Shown: positions 28,901 to 37,414 of the stretch, in pieces
How positions within the stretch are numbered: position 1 is the stretch's first letter
Layout: each line of letters begins with the position of its first letter
Source: Cyanobacteria bacterium J06626_4
GTDB taxonomy: Bacteria > Cyanobacteriota > Cyanobacteriia > Phormidesmidales > Phormidesmidaceae
Direction of reading: 5' to 3'
NCBI GenBank assembly: GCA_038523235.1
Contig: JBCBJQ010000024.1
Location: 1-64,000, forward strand
Length of the DNA: 64,000 nucleotides
The notes under the pieces: generated by a model
The model's database searches: none
What the model was told of the DNA's origin: nothing
What the model saw: the letters and a program-made list of their open reading frames with translations, nothing else
Position numbers and translations under genes: made by a program

Positions 28901-31051
28901 GCCACGGCAGGGCTCGACCAAACGGTTAAAGTTTGGGACTTTGTCGGGGAGCAGCAATACAGCATAGATGTGTCCCAGCAGATGTCAGATGCTACTCAAA
29001 TTTGGGATATTCGATTCACGGCGGCAGGCGATCGCATCGCTGTGATTGATAGCGCGGGCCAACTCATGCTCTGGCAACTCGCCGCGGATCAAACAGAGCC
29101 GGAATTATTGCGCCAGGCCCATACCTCCGAGAACTTTCTGACCCGCCTGGTGTCGAGTCCTGATAAATCCGTTTTAGCGACAGCGGGGGCCGACGGCATG
29201 ATCCGCCTGTGGCAGGCTGACACGCTAGCCGCCCTTGCCGATTGGCAGGCCCACGACGTGCCCATCAGTAGCCTGTATTTTAGTGGCGGTCAACAGCTCG
29301 TGTCGGCTGACTATGAAGGCCAGATTCGGGTGTGGTCTACCGAGACAGTAGCCACCGATCTGGGCAGAACCTCATTACGCGAATTTTCGGTGTCGAGTCC
29401 CGACGACATGCCCCTGAGTACCTTTGGCCTGGCCGTTAGCCCTGAGGGGGATTTCCTTGCCGCCGCCTCAGAAGACGGTTTTGTGCGACTTTGGGACTTA
29501 GCGTCCGGTGAACTGTTACAGCAGTTTTTAGCTCACAATGGCCGCTGGATCACGGCGATTGACTTCGTTACTGACCGGCGTTCCGATACCGTTCAGGCTC
29601 AGACGCTACAGTTAGTAACGGCTGATGATCAAGGCGCGATTCGGAGCTGGTCAGTTGATGCCGCCCAGAGTGTTCAACTGCAGGAGTTGAAAGGACATCA
29701 GGGCTGGATTTGGAATTTGCTCCACACCTCTCAAGCGGCTCTGTCCCAAACGGCAGCAGCGACCGATCCCCTCTTGATCTCTACTGGCATTGATGGCCGC
29801 TTGCGCTTTTGGGAGCTGAAAAACATCTTTGAACAAAATTCTGGCTTTCTCACCAGCGTGATGGGGCACCAAGATCCAGAGTTTGGTTGGGGCCAGGCTT
29901 GGAGTACCAGCTATAGTGCCAGTCGCAAGTTATTGGCGACTGCTGGCTCTGATGGCACCGCGAAGGTTTGGCAGCTAGCAGCCCCTGCAGAAGCTCAACA
30001 ACACCCGCAGTTCCGGTTTCAACTTCAGCATGAAACGGAGCCCTCGCCCCAGTGTGAAGCGCTAGCGACGAATATCGATGTGTTTTGGGTCGTTTTTTCC
30101 CCTGATGAGTCCACGATCGCCACCGCTGGGGCCGACTGCACTGTTCGACTTTGGGATAGTAAGACGGGCGAAGCACGCTCTGAAGTAATGCAGCATGAGG
30201 CCGATGCCTTTGTATACAGTGTGGCGTTTAGCCCCGATGGCAACTACATTGCTTCGGCTGACTCTAGAGGACGCCTCTTTTTATGGACAGCCGCCGGTGA
30301 GCCCCTGGGGAATTTTCTACCCACGGAAGGGGGCTCTGAAAATCCGGAGAAGCAACCCGTATTTGCGGTTAAGTTCAGCCCTGACGGTGATTACATTGCG
30401 ACCGCCAGTGAAGACGGGAACGTCAAGCTCTGGGCCTTAGAGGGCCAAGGGGCTAACCGGCAGCTACCATCCCAACCAATCGCCACTCTGGCGGGGCATC
30501 GTCAAGGGGCTACCAGTGTTGACTTTAGCGACGATGGCCTGATTGCCACGGCGGGCAAAGATGGCACGGTGCGAATTTGGGAAATGGCCGCCGTGCATCA
30601 GCAGCCAGAGCCTCAACCGATTCAGGTGCTGTCGGCCTATAGTCAGCGGGTCACTTGGGTTGAGTTTCAACCGACAGAGGACACATCGACCGAGTGGCTG
30701 GCGACCGCCAGTAAAGATGGCTCAGTTATTATCTGGGATCGCAGCGTAGAAGGGTGGGGGTTTCAGCAACCGGGCAACGTGTTTAAGCGGCGCTATCAGT
30801 TTGCCGGTCATCAAGAGGGCGCATTCAGCGCGACGTTTATCCATGACGGTCAACAAATCGCGGTCGCTCAGGGAGATGGCGACATTAAACTGTGGCGATT
30901 AGAGTCAACCCCACAGCTCATCAAGCGCGCTTGCCAATGGCTCAACACAGCCTCTGCAACGAAATCAGTGGAGCGATCGTCAGAATCGAGCCGGTCTGGG
31001 CAAAAAAGACTTGCTCCGGATATTGCCGCTGTGTGCCGTAAATATGAATAA
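25889..31051 (+). CDS. multidomain protein: degenerate ATPase-like N-terminus, TPR, STAND-type NTPase, TM helix, WD40 propellers
   Basis: ATG 25889 overlaps the upstream stop; GPSGVGKSS..AGL, LIFDQFEEFF, PIELQIVG, YQLVHDYL; many WD40 repeats (FSPDG..IATAS.DG.VKLW). Confidence 0.88.
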   Translation: MTISKVSALSSSNQDALRSLIRSIERSQGTFSLILARCNYRMLRDRVRTALTQQLQVPFQEVNLTPQSSTLYTAICHTVGDEPPTAILVNGLEIVADLDTFLRVANQSREEFRNNLACPLVIWVTDSLLNRLIRDATDFENWASVTLEFETDLSELTQFVEQTADTIFEQLLNSRENIFLDNQALDLDQTSPLRAELRTACEEIHQYLDPLPSAVEASSQFILGRVADNNTAMARQHYERSLELWQQVGHQDRYGHVQFYLGLWWGNYAVRHLQDRPAGLQKSRTWLEAAIQTFEAIGQHHRVAQFINYLGEVLHRQADWLALDELAHKAFTLHQRFCDYFRQAKALGFMAAVAIAHQKWMQAEYHANLALSTWQQAADLIVAEGDRAALLNWERKFHRPWYLYFLGKAQRHSQNFAPATQNLEEARQTARPSYDPDLYTYILNELREVYFTQKDYLKAYETRQFRREIQSQFNLRPFVGPGRLQASQEVTNPSLPQPQSRDHIAPEIATSARYQDITALLQRIERKDFRLSVVYGPSGVGKSSILQAGLLPALKQRTFDGRPVIAVLQQVYQNWVPELGHQLAQACQDIYPDATPMPTFDSLDAILQQLQENEKQYFKTVLIFDQFEEFFFANSNVDERYRFYDFAVNCLKILDVEIILSMKEDYLHYLLVCNRLTDLEIIGNNILDKKILYYIGNFTQEETYNIVKNRIQHTRIKFDDDLIDQMVKDLADQFDQVRPIELQIVGAQLQTEEITTLARYQELAQNGCQPKEELVNRYLENVVEDCGAENQDLAEIILYLLTSKEGTRPVKTKSELMQEKLYEALSSNPQQIDLILGIFVRAGLVLLVPSAPVDSYQLVHDYLVNLIREKVETKHQEKITDLMKQVRGLDKIVRLLAVLLISIVSVGCVLYLLYRNNKLLYQVTQLERDSIENQSKFDGYQLNSLESAVRVADRFSERSVLEKRTTLPIHTLQSILDNISEKRWVDTQQVQIFAADVHAEKQLVATAGLDQTVKVWDFVGEQQYSIDVSQQMSDATQIWDIRFTAAGDRIAVIDSAGQLMLWQLAADQTEPELLRQAHTSENFLTRLVSSPDKSVLATAGADGMIRLWQADTLAALADWQAHDVPISSLYFSGGQQLVSADYEGQIRVWSTETVATDLGRTSLREFSVSSPDDMPLSTFGLAVSPEGDFLAAASEDGFVRLWDLASGELLQQFLAHNGRWITAIDFVTDRRSDTVQAQTLQLVTADDQGAIRSWSVDAAQSVQLQELKGHQGWIWNLLHTSQAALSQTAAATDPLLISTGIDGRLRFWELKNIFEQNSGFLTSVMGHQDPEFGWGQAWSTSYSASRKLLATAGSDGTAKVWQLAAPAEAQQHPQFRFQLQHETEPSPQCEALATNIDVFWVVFSPDESTIATAGADCTVRLWDSKTGEARSEVMQHEADAFVYSVAFSPDGNYIASADSRGRLFLWTAAGEPLGNFLPTEGGSENPEKQPVFAVKFSPDGDYIATASEDGNVKLWALEGQGANRQLPSQPIATLAGHRQGATSVDFSDDGLIATAGKDGTVRIWEMAAVHQQPEPQPIQVLSAYSQRVTWVEFQPTEDTSTEWLATASKDGSVIIWDRSVEGWGFQQPGNVFKRRYQFAGHQEGAFSATFIHDGQQIAVAQGDGDIKLWRLESTPQLIKRACQWLNTASATKSVERSSESSRSGQKRLAPDIAAVCRKYE

Positions 31052-31272
31052 CGGCAAGGTAAACCAGCTAGCGATTTGGGTTCCTTCGAGTTTGTGCCAG
31101 TTGGGTAGGCCAGTTGAGATAATGTCCCTGATTGCTTACTGCGTGAGGGCGATCGCACTATTCTGTAAGGGTGAGGGCTAAGGCCTAAGCAACCTCACTT
31201 GATTAGTGAATGATGTCAGGTCATAAATCTACCGTGTGTTCTCCAGTCCTGTCTCCATTAGGAGTCAACCCC

Positions 31273-31485
31273 ATGAAACTCAACCTCACAGCTACTCTCA
31301 GCATCCTTTGTCTTGGTGCCGGTGTCTTGACGGTTTGGGCCGGAACGCAAACCCTTGCTCAAACCCTGCAAGCCGATGGCCCCGTGGCCAGCGAGTACAA
31401 TCCGCCTGGTCGCTCTGGGCGCCGTGGCAGCTATCCTGGTGGCACCCGATTCATCGAGCCCACCCCTCACCGCAACTACGTCTAA
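31273..31485 (+). CDS. small secreted peptide precursor (70 aa)
   Basis: AGGAG RBS, signal peptide MKLNLTATLSILCLGAGVLTVWAG..., then YNPPGRSGRRGSYPGGTR; downstream hairpin. Confidence 0.65.
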   Translation: MKLNLTATLSILCLGAGVLTVWAGTQTLAQTLQADGPVASEYNPPGRSGRRGSYPGGTRFIEPTPHRNYV

Positions 31486-31554
31486 AATCAACTATGGTTG
31501 TGAACGAAGGTTGTCACCCAAGTCCTCGTTACTAATAACCAGCCACCCCCTCCG

Positions 31555-31600
31555 CAGCGATGGATTTTTGCTCCCTTCAAACAGCAGCAATCCATCGCTG
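31555..31600. terminator. stable stem-loop downstream of the small peptide gene
   Basis: Perfect 12-bp inverted repeat CAGCGATGGATT ... AATCCATCGCTG; no clear U-tract. Confidence 0.4.
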
Positions 31601-31915
31601 AATTATGAGTCGGGGTTTTCTCACCCATTTGCCGCACTGCGAAATGTCGGCGATCACGCTCAGACCGATTGAAACCAGCGATCGCTGCTTCCTCCCAACA
31701 CCTCTGGTTTGATGGCCATCCTGGCCGTCCGCTCTTTCGGCAGTCTGATGGGGCCAGGCAGGCTAGGAAGCCTGCCCAACATAGGTTTCGATCGTGCTCG
31801 GGCCTAATGGAAAAGACTATCGTTCCTCCTCAATCGGCAAGCATTACACCTCAACAACACTTGGCTCCTCGAGCCTTTCAAAGGTTATGCGCAGGCTCAA
31901 AATTGAGAAACGATG

Positions 31916-33364
31916 TTACATTACCGATCGCTGGGGCGCTATCAAGAACTGATCGATCGCTTCAAATATCAGCTCAATTTCTGCCAGGGTTGTGTACGGG
32001 TTTAACAGCACCACCTTGAGCCAGTTATGCCCCCGATATCGTGGCAGCGATAAAAAGGCCTGTGCTTCCTTCAGCAGATGAGCCTGCAGTCGGCGATTCC
32101 AGTCGTCCCACTGGTCGGCTGGCAGCCATTGGGGGCAACCGCGAAAACAGACCAGATTCATCTCCGGCTCACTGGCCAACTGCAGCTCGGGTCGGGCTTT
32201 AACGGCGGCGGTGAAATGTGCCGTCAAAGCATAGTTGGCGGCAATGAGTTCGCGATAGCCCTGCTGGCCCAAATGCTGCAGAGACAGCCACAGCTTCAGC
32301 ACATCGGCATGGCGGGTGCCCTGCACTGAAATTTCCCCCAGGTTGATCCAGTCATCTTCGGTATTCATATAAGGGGCTGCGACTTGAAAGTGCTGCTGCA
32401 ACTGGTTCATTTCGCGAAACAATATCGAGGCGCAGGTTTTAGAAACATAGAGCCACTTTTGCGGATTAAATGTGACGGAATCAGCCTGCTCAATGCCCTG
32501 CAGGCGATCGCGATAGGCCTCAGCAAACATCAGTGCCCCCCCGTAGGCTGCATCCACGTGAAACCACAGGTCATGCTCGCGAGCGATCGCCGCCAGCTCT
32601 ACCAGGGGGTCAATGTTGCCGGTTACCGTGGTGCCTGCTGTCGCCACCAGCGCAAATGGCTTTTGGCCCTGTTGCTGGGCCTGGTCAATCGCCTGGTGCA
32701 ACGCCTGCAGGTCCATCTGTGACTGATCGTTAGTGGCCACCGCGATCGCGCCGTCGGTGCCTAACCCCAGCAGCATTGCCGCCTTTTTGATCGAAGAATG
32801 CGCCACTTCTGAAACGAAAAATACGGGGGGCTGCGCCTGGGTCATCAGCCCCGTTTTGAGGGTGCCGAGCTTGACATTGCGGGCCACGGCCAGAGCCTGC
32901 AGGTTGGCCAAACTACCGCCGCTGACCAACAGCCCGCCAGCGCGATCGCCCAGGCCAAATAGCTGTGCAATTTCGCGCAGCAGCAGCGGCTCCAACCGCG
33001 AAAACAACGGCGACATCTCGACACTCAACATGTTGTTATTGAGCGCCGCCACCACCCAATCACCGACGATTGAAGCCGTCGTCGGTAACGGATCCATGTG
33101 CCCCACATAACCCGGATGAGCGGGATTCATGGCCGTGCTCAATACGGTGTTTAGCATTGCCATCAGGGTCGCAACGTCACCCGATTTTTCGGGGAGAGTG
33201 ATCGCGGGTAAGGTCTGCAGCTCCGGCAAAGGTGTCTGGTCTGCCGCCCCGGTCAAATAATCTAAAATCCGCGTAGCGACCTGGTTTAGCAACGCCTCAA
33301 TCGCCGCTCTATTCTCGCCCCGTGGGTGCACAAACGCAGTTTCAGGCAACCTCGAAAAGTCCAA
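31916..33364 (-). CDS. group II PLP-dependent decarboxylase
   Basis: [51 protein letters not shown] (PLP lysine). Confidence 0.92.
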   Translation of the reverse strand: MDFSRLPETAFVHPRGENRAAIEALLNQVATRILDYLTGAADQTPLPELQTLPAITLPEKSGDVATLMAMLNTVLSTAMNPAHPGYVGHMDPLPTTASIVGDWVVAALNNNMLSVEMSPLFSRLEPLLLREIAQLFGLGDRAGGLLVSGGSLANLQALAVARNVKLGTLKTGLMTQAQPPVFFVSEVAHSSIKKAAMLLGLGTDGAIAVATNDQSQMDLQALHQAIDQAQQQGQKPFALVATAGTTVTGNIDPLVELAAIAREHDLWFHVDAAYGGALMFAEAYRDRLQGIEQADSVTFNPQKWLYVSKTCASILFREMNQLQQHFQVAAPYMNTEDDWINLGEISVQGTRHADVLKLWLSLQHLGQQGYRELIAANYALTAHFTAAVKARPELQLASEPEMNLVCFRGCPQWLPADQWDDWNRRLQAHLLKEAQAFLSLPRYRGHNWLKVVLLNPYTTLAEIELIFEAIDQFLIAPQRSVM

Positions 33365-33580
33365 GTTTCAACTCCATCGCATCATCCCTGATTGTGAATG
33401 ATTCCGCCCGCCAAAAGCGAACCGACAGTTTGGCATTGACTCTAGCGAGCAAAATCTGGCAGCATCCTCGCCCTTCGCCTTCTTCAGTGCCGACAACTCT
33501 GGCTGTTACCTGAACCCTCTACCCCCGTACCAATTCGCCAAAATGCTAATCTCTTAAGCAACTTCTTTAGGCGATCGCCC

Positions 33581-33841
33581 ATGGGCACCCAATCCACCGC
33601 TAAAACCATTTTTTTACTCGCTTCAATGGTGGGTTGGCTCATCGTCGGCGCGGCTCTGATGTATCTGTTTCCAGCACTGGCGGATCAGATTGTGGGCAGC
33701 GATCTCACCCATTTGTGGATGACCAATTTAACTCGCAGCGGCTATCAGCCCTCATTAGCGTGGACGGGGGGCGGTATCGCCCTGGCCATTACCGCTGTCA
33801 TGAATCTGGTTTGGTATCAGCGATTTGACGGTCGAGTATAG
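33581..33841 (+). CDS. small hypothetical membrane protein
   Basis: 86 aa with two hydrophobic helices, fills an intergenic gap. Confidence 0.65.
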   Translation: MGTQSTAKTIFLLASMVGWLIVGAALMYLFPALADQIVGSDLTHLWMTNLTRSGYQPSLAWTGGGIALAITAVMNLVWYQRFDGRV

Positions 33842-33960
33842 ACCGAATTTTGACTGCCTCATCACCCCAAACACTGCACGCAGCCCTACCCCCTTGGCTC
33901 AATAGACCAATAAAGGTTGCTTTGCTGCTAAATCGAAATTCCCAGCGATCGCTTCAACGA

Positions 33961-35352
33961 TCAACACTCAATCACATTCACAGTAGTCACATTCACTGCC
34001 AGACCGCCGCGCGAAGTTTCCTTATACTTTTCGTGCATGTCGCGTCCGGTGTCGCGCATGGTTTTGATTACCTTGTCGAGGTGAACGCAGTGCTCGCCGT
34101 TGCCTTTCAGCGCCATGCGAGCCGCGTTGATCGCCTTGATCGAACCCATCGCATTGCGCTCAATACAGGGCACCTGCACCAGTCCACCGACGGGGTCGCA
34201 GGTGAGACCGAGGTTGTGTTCCATGCCGATTTCCGCCGCGTTCTCAACTTGGGCGGGGGTGCCACCGAGGACTGCGGCCAAAGCTCCCGCCGCCATCGAG
34301 CAGGCGACGCCCACTTCACCCTGACAGCCGACATCCGCCCCGGAGATCGAGGCATTTTCCTTATAGAGGATGGCGATCGCCCCTGCCGTCAGCAAAAACC
34401 GCACAATGCCATCCTCGTTCGCCCCGTGGCAAAACCGATGATAGTAATGCATCACCGCTGGAATGATGCCCGCCGCCCCGTTGGTCGGAGCGGTGACGAT
34501 GCGTCCCCCCGCCGCATTCTCCTCATTCACCGCCATGGCGTACACATTTACCCAGTCCATGATGCTGAGCGGGTCGGCGAGGGCAAAGTCCGATCGCTCC
34601 TTCAGATGACGATAAAGATCGGCAGCTCGCCGCTTCACCTTGAGGCCACCGGGCAGCGTGCCCTCGGTATGGCAGCCCCGCGAAACGCAGTCTTGCATGA
34701 CCCGCCAGAGCCGCAACAGCCCCGCTCGAATGTCGATTTCGGATCGCCACACCAACTCGTTTTGCAGCATCAGGTCGCTGATGGCGGTGCCGTCTTTTTG
34801 GCAATAGGTGAGCAGTTGAGCGGCGGTGGTGAACGGGTAGGGCACAGGGGACTGGTGCAGTTGCAGGCGATCAATGCTGGCGGCGTTTTCATCCACCACG
34901 AAGCCACCGCCGATGGAATAGTAGGGGCGCGATCGCAGCATCGCCCCGAGGGCATCAAAGGCGGTGAACTCCATACCGTTGGGATGAAAGGGCAGGGGCT
35001 GCCAGTGAAAATTGAGGTCAGTCTTTTCGTCAAAGGGCACGGCATGCTGTCGCAGCAGCCAGACCGACTTGGTTTCGCGCACCCGGTGCAGATAGCCTTC
35101 CACCAGGTTGGTGTTGACTGATTCGGGCGATTCCCCTTCGAGGCCGAGCAGAATGGCGCGATCGCTGCCATGTCCCCGTCCCGTTGCCCCTAGCGATCCG
35201 TGCAGATCAATCTGGATCCGTTTGACCTGATTCAGCAGTCCGTCTGCGGCAAGGCCCTGGGCAAACTGCTGGGCGGCTTTCATGGGGCCAACCGTGTGGG
35301 AACTGGAAGGGCCGATGCCGATTTTGAAGATGTCGAAAACGCTGGTAGACAT
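33961..35352 (-). CDS. sdaA: L-serine ammonia-lyase (Fe-S dependent)
   Basis: [56 protein letters not shown]. Confidence 0.97.
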   Translation of the reverse strand: MSTSVFDIFKIGIGPSSSHTVGPMKAAQQFAQGLAADGLLNQVKRIQIDLHGSLGATGRGHGSDRAILLGLEGESPESVNTNLVEGYLHRVRETKSVWLLRQHAVPFDEKTDLNFHWQPLPFHPNGMEFTAFDALGAMLRSRPYYSIGGGFVVDENAASIDRLQLHQSPVPYPFTTAAQLLTYCQKDGTAISDLMLQNELVWRSEIDIRAGLLRLWRVMQDCVSRGCHTEGTLPGGLKVKRRAADLYRHLKERSDFALADPLSIMDWVNVYAMAVNEENAAGGRIVTAPTNGAAGIIPAVMHYYHRFCHGANEDGIVRFLLTAGAIAILYKENASISGADVGCQGEVGVACSMAAGALAAVLGGTPAQVENAAEIGMEHNLGLTCDPVGGLVQVPCIERNAMGSIKAINAARMALKGNGEHCVHLDKVIKTMRDTGRDMHEKYKETSRGGLAVNVTTVNVIEC

Positions 35353-35370
35353 TTTGGGGGTCAGGGTAAT

Positions 35371-35430
35371 TGGGTGGCAGGGTGTGAGGGTGGGTGAGGT
35401 TGAGGGTAGGTGGGGTGGATAAGGTGGATA
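35371..35430. repeat. G-rich degenerate short tandem repeat
   Basis: gggtggcagggtgtgagggtgggtgaggttgagggtaggtggggtggataaggtggat, directly upstream of sdaA. Confidence 0.65.
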
Positions 35431-35575
35431 TATCGCGATCTTGCGTGAACCTTGAAAACCTGATGGTCAGGGTCTTGTTTGGACGGGCATCCTGCCCGTT
35501 TTGCCTTCATAAATCAAGATGCCTAACCCGTACGGGATGTGGATCGTGAATTGAAATGCCTCGCCCATGTAGGAA

Positions 35576-36385
35576 CTATGCCGAAACAGCCAGATTGGAT
35601 TGACGGGTGGCCAGCCAGTCGCGGGTGCGTCTGACGCCGCCAAAGGTATAGATGTGGAAGTTCTGGATGCGTCCGCCGAGGCCCTCCACGAGATAATCGG
35701 GCGATTGCACCGTGAGCAGTTTGCCAAGGCGACCGGATTGGTTCCGCAATCCTAGCAGGCTGGTTTTGACCCCACAGATTTGAGCGAACTTCAACAGCGT
35801 GGCGGGGGTGGTCGGGCCAGGAATGCCGAGGTAGATGGGCAGCGTGTTGAAGGCTTCGATGCGATCGAGCCAGCGATGAATGGTGGGCACATCCAATGAC
35901 CACTGGGTCATGACAAACATCTCAGTGCCGGTGTCGCGGGCGTACTGATTTTTCAGAGCCAGGAAGCGATGGTCGGAGACCGGTCCCAAAGGACCATCGC
36001 ACTCCTGCTCACTCAAGACCGGCATGCCTTCGGGATGTCCCGCCACGCCGACCCGCAGCCCGTCAAAGAGTCCCGTCTCCAGCAGATCGAGGGTGGAGGT
36101 GAAGGGGCCAGCGGGGCGATCCGGGCTGCCGCCGATGATTAATACCTGGCGAACATCGGCTTCAGTTTTGAGGGCAGTGAGGTAACGGGTGAGGTTAGCG
36201 AGATCGCGGATGCTTCTCGCCGGAACGTGAGGAATCGGGTCAACCCCCAGCTGTCGCAGCTTGACCGCTTGGGCGACCACATCGCGATCGTCCGCCCCTG
36301 GCAAGTACGTGATCGACACCTCCCGGATGCCCTTCGGCAATGCCGAGACATCCACTTTCGGCGTCACTTCGATGGAAAACTGCAT
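35576..36385 (-). CDS. methylenetetrahydrofolate reductase-like protein
   Basis: FSIEVTPK, PIPHVPAR, LIIGG, VAGHPEG, TQW, GIPGP, HIYTFGG. Confidence 0.85.
   Translation of the reverse strand: MQFSIEVTPKVDVSALPKGIREVSITYLPGADDRDVVAQAVKLRQLGVDPIPHVPARSIRDLANLTRYLTALKTEADVRQVLIIGGSPDRPAGPFTSTLDLLETGLFDGLRVGVAGHPEGMPVLSEQECDGPLGPVSDHRFLALKNQYARDTGTEMFVMTQWSLDVPTIHRWLDRIEAFNTLPIYLGIPGPTTPATLLKFAQICGVKTSLLGLRNQSGRLGKLLTVQSPDYLVEGLGGRIQNFHIYTFGGVRRTRDWLATRQSNLAVSA
35966..36000. mobile_element. very small hairpin element inserted in frame into a HIP1 site
   Basis: GCGAT-ggtcggagacc-ggtcccaaaggacc-ATCGC: HIP1 split by 25 nt plus an AT duplication (net +27 nt). Confidence 0.7.
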
Positions 36386-36415
36386 GGCGTCAACCTGTGG
36401 AAAAAATGGGTCAGC

Positions 36416-37351
36416 TCAAGGCATCATGCTGCGTAATTTTCTGGGGTCAGGATTGCGCACATCCTCGGCGGTATCAGTTCCTCCTCGGTAAACCAAGGTC
36501 ACACCAATCGCCGTAATCAACAGACCCGCTGCATCGACCCAAGCGATTTGGTCGTTGAATAGGAGAAATCCCAGCAACAAGGTTGTGGGTGGGGACAGAT
36601 ACATCAAACTAGACACTCGGGCCGCTGTGCGATATTCCAACAGCTTTAGCATCAGCCCGTAAGACCCGATTGAAAGCACGATGGTCAACCAGGCCAGGGC
36701 CAACATGAGCTGCCCACTCCACTGGATGCTCAAGCCCTCGACCAACAATGCCAAGGGCCACAGGGCGATCGCGCTGGCCACTGCCTGCACAAATAAACTG
36801 GGAATGACCGACAAATTCTGTCCTGCTTGGTTGCGGTTGAGATGCCGCTGATACAACGTTGCCAGGGTCATACTGGCCGCCGCGAGAAAGGGCAGGATAT
36901 ATCCGACCAGCGAAACCCCTGCCGCGCCATCTAGTTTGGTAACGACCACCAACACCACCCCGACTAAACCAGTGCCCAAGCCCCACCACTGCACGGGCGA
37001 TATTGATTCCCCCAACAGCGGGCCAGATAAGACGCTAGTTGCCATGGGCTGCAACGCCGTGATGAGTGCCACAATCCAGGGAGAAACGCCGAGGGCGATC
37101 GCGCCAAACACCGCACTGAGCCAAATGGCATGAGCGAGCAGACCAATAATGGCGGAACGGGCGATCGCCACTCGACTCGGGAATCGCAATTGGCGGCGAT
37201 AGCGGAGCCAGATGAACAACAAGACGGCGACGCTCACATATCGAACAAACAGCAACGTAAAGGGGCCAGCATAAGGCAGCCCATACTTTGCCCCGATGAA
37301 ACCGGAACTCCAGAGCACCACAAACAATAATTCCAAGCCGATTAGGTGCAT
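36416..37351 (-). CDS. DMT/EamA family transporter
   Basis: LFVVLWSSGFIGAKYGL..AGPFT.L..R, ALI.ALQP, VSSLMYLSPP. Confidence 0.92.
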   Translation of the reverse strand: MHLIGLELLFVVLWSSGFIGAKYGLPYAGPFTLLFVRYVSVAVLLFIWLRYRRQLRFPSRVAIARSAIIGLLAHAIWLSAVFGAIALGVSPWIVALITALQPMATSVLSGPLLGESISPVQWWGLGTGLVGVVLVVVTKLDGAAGVSLVGYILPFLAAASMTLATLYQRHLNRNQAGQNLSVIPSLFVQAVASAIALWPLALLVEGLSIQWSGQLMLALAWLTIVLSIGSYGLMLKLLEYRTAARVSSLMYLSPPTTLLLGFLLFNDQIAWVDAAGLLITAIGVTLVYRGGTDTAEDVRNPDPRKLRSMMP

Positions 37352-37414
37352 GTTCAAAGCCTTGTTGCAGTCCACTCTCTAGCAGCATAGAGTGGCCGTT
37401 GGATGATGACGTTC

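Noticed and set aside
31390..31450. Calling the small peptide PatS/PatX
   Set aside because: Lacks the exact RG(S/T)GR pentapeptide and hetR context
33850..35121. 423-aa plus-strand ORF
   Set aside because: Antisense to the well-conserved sdaA and has no recognisable motifs
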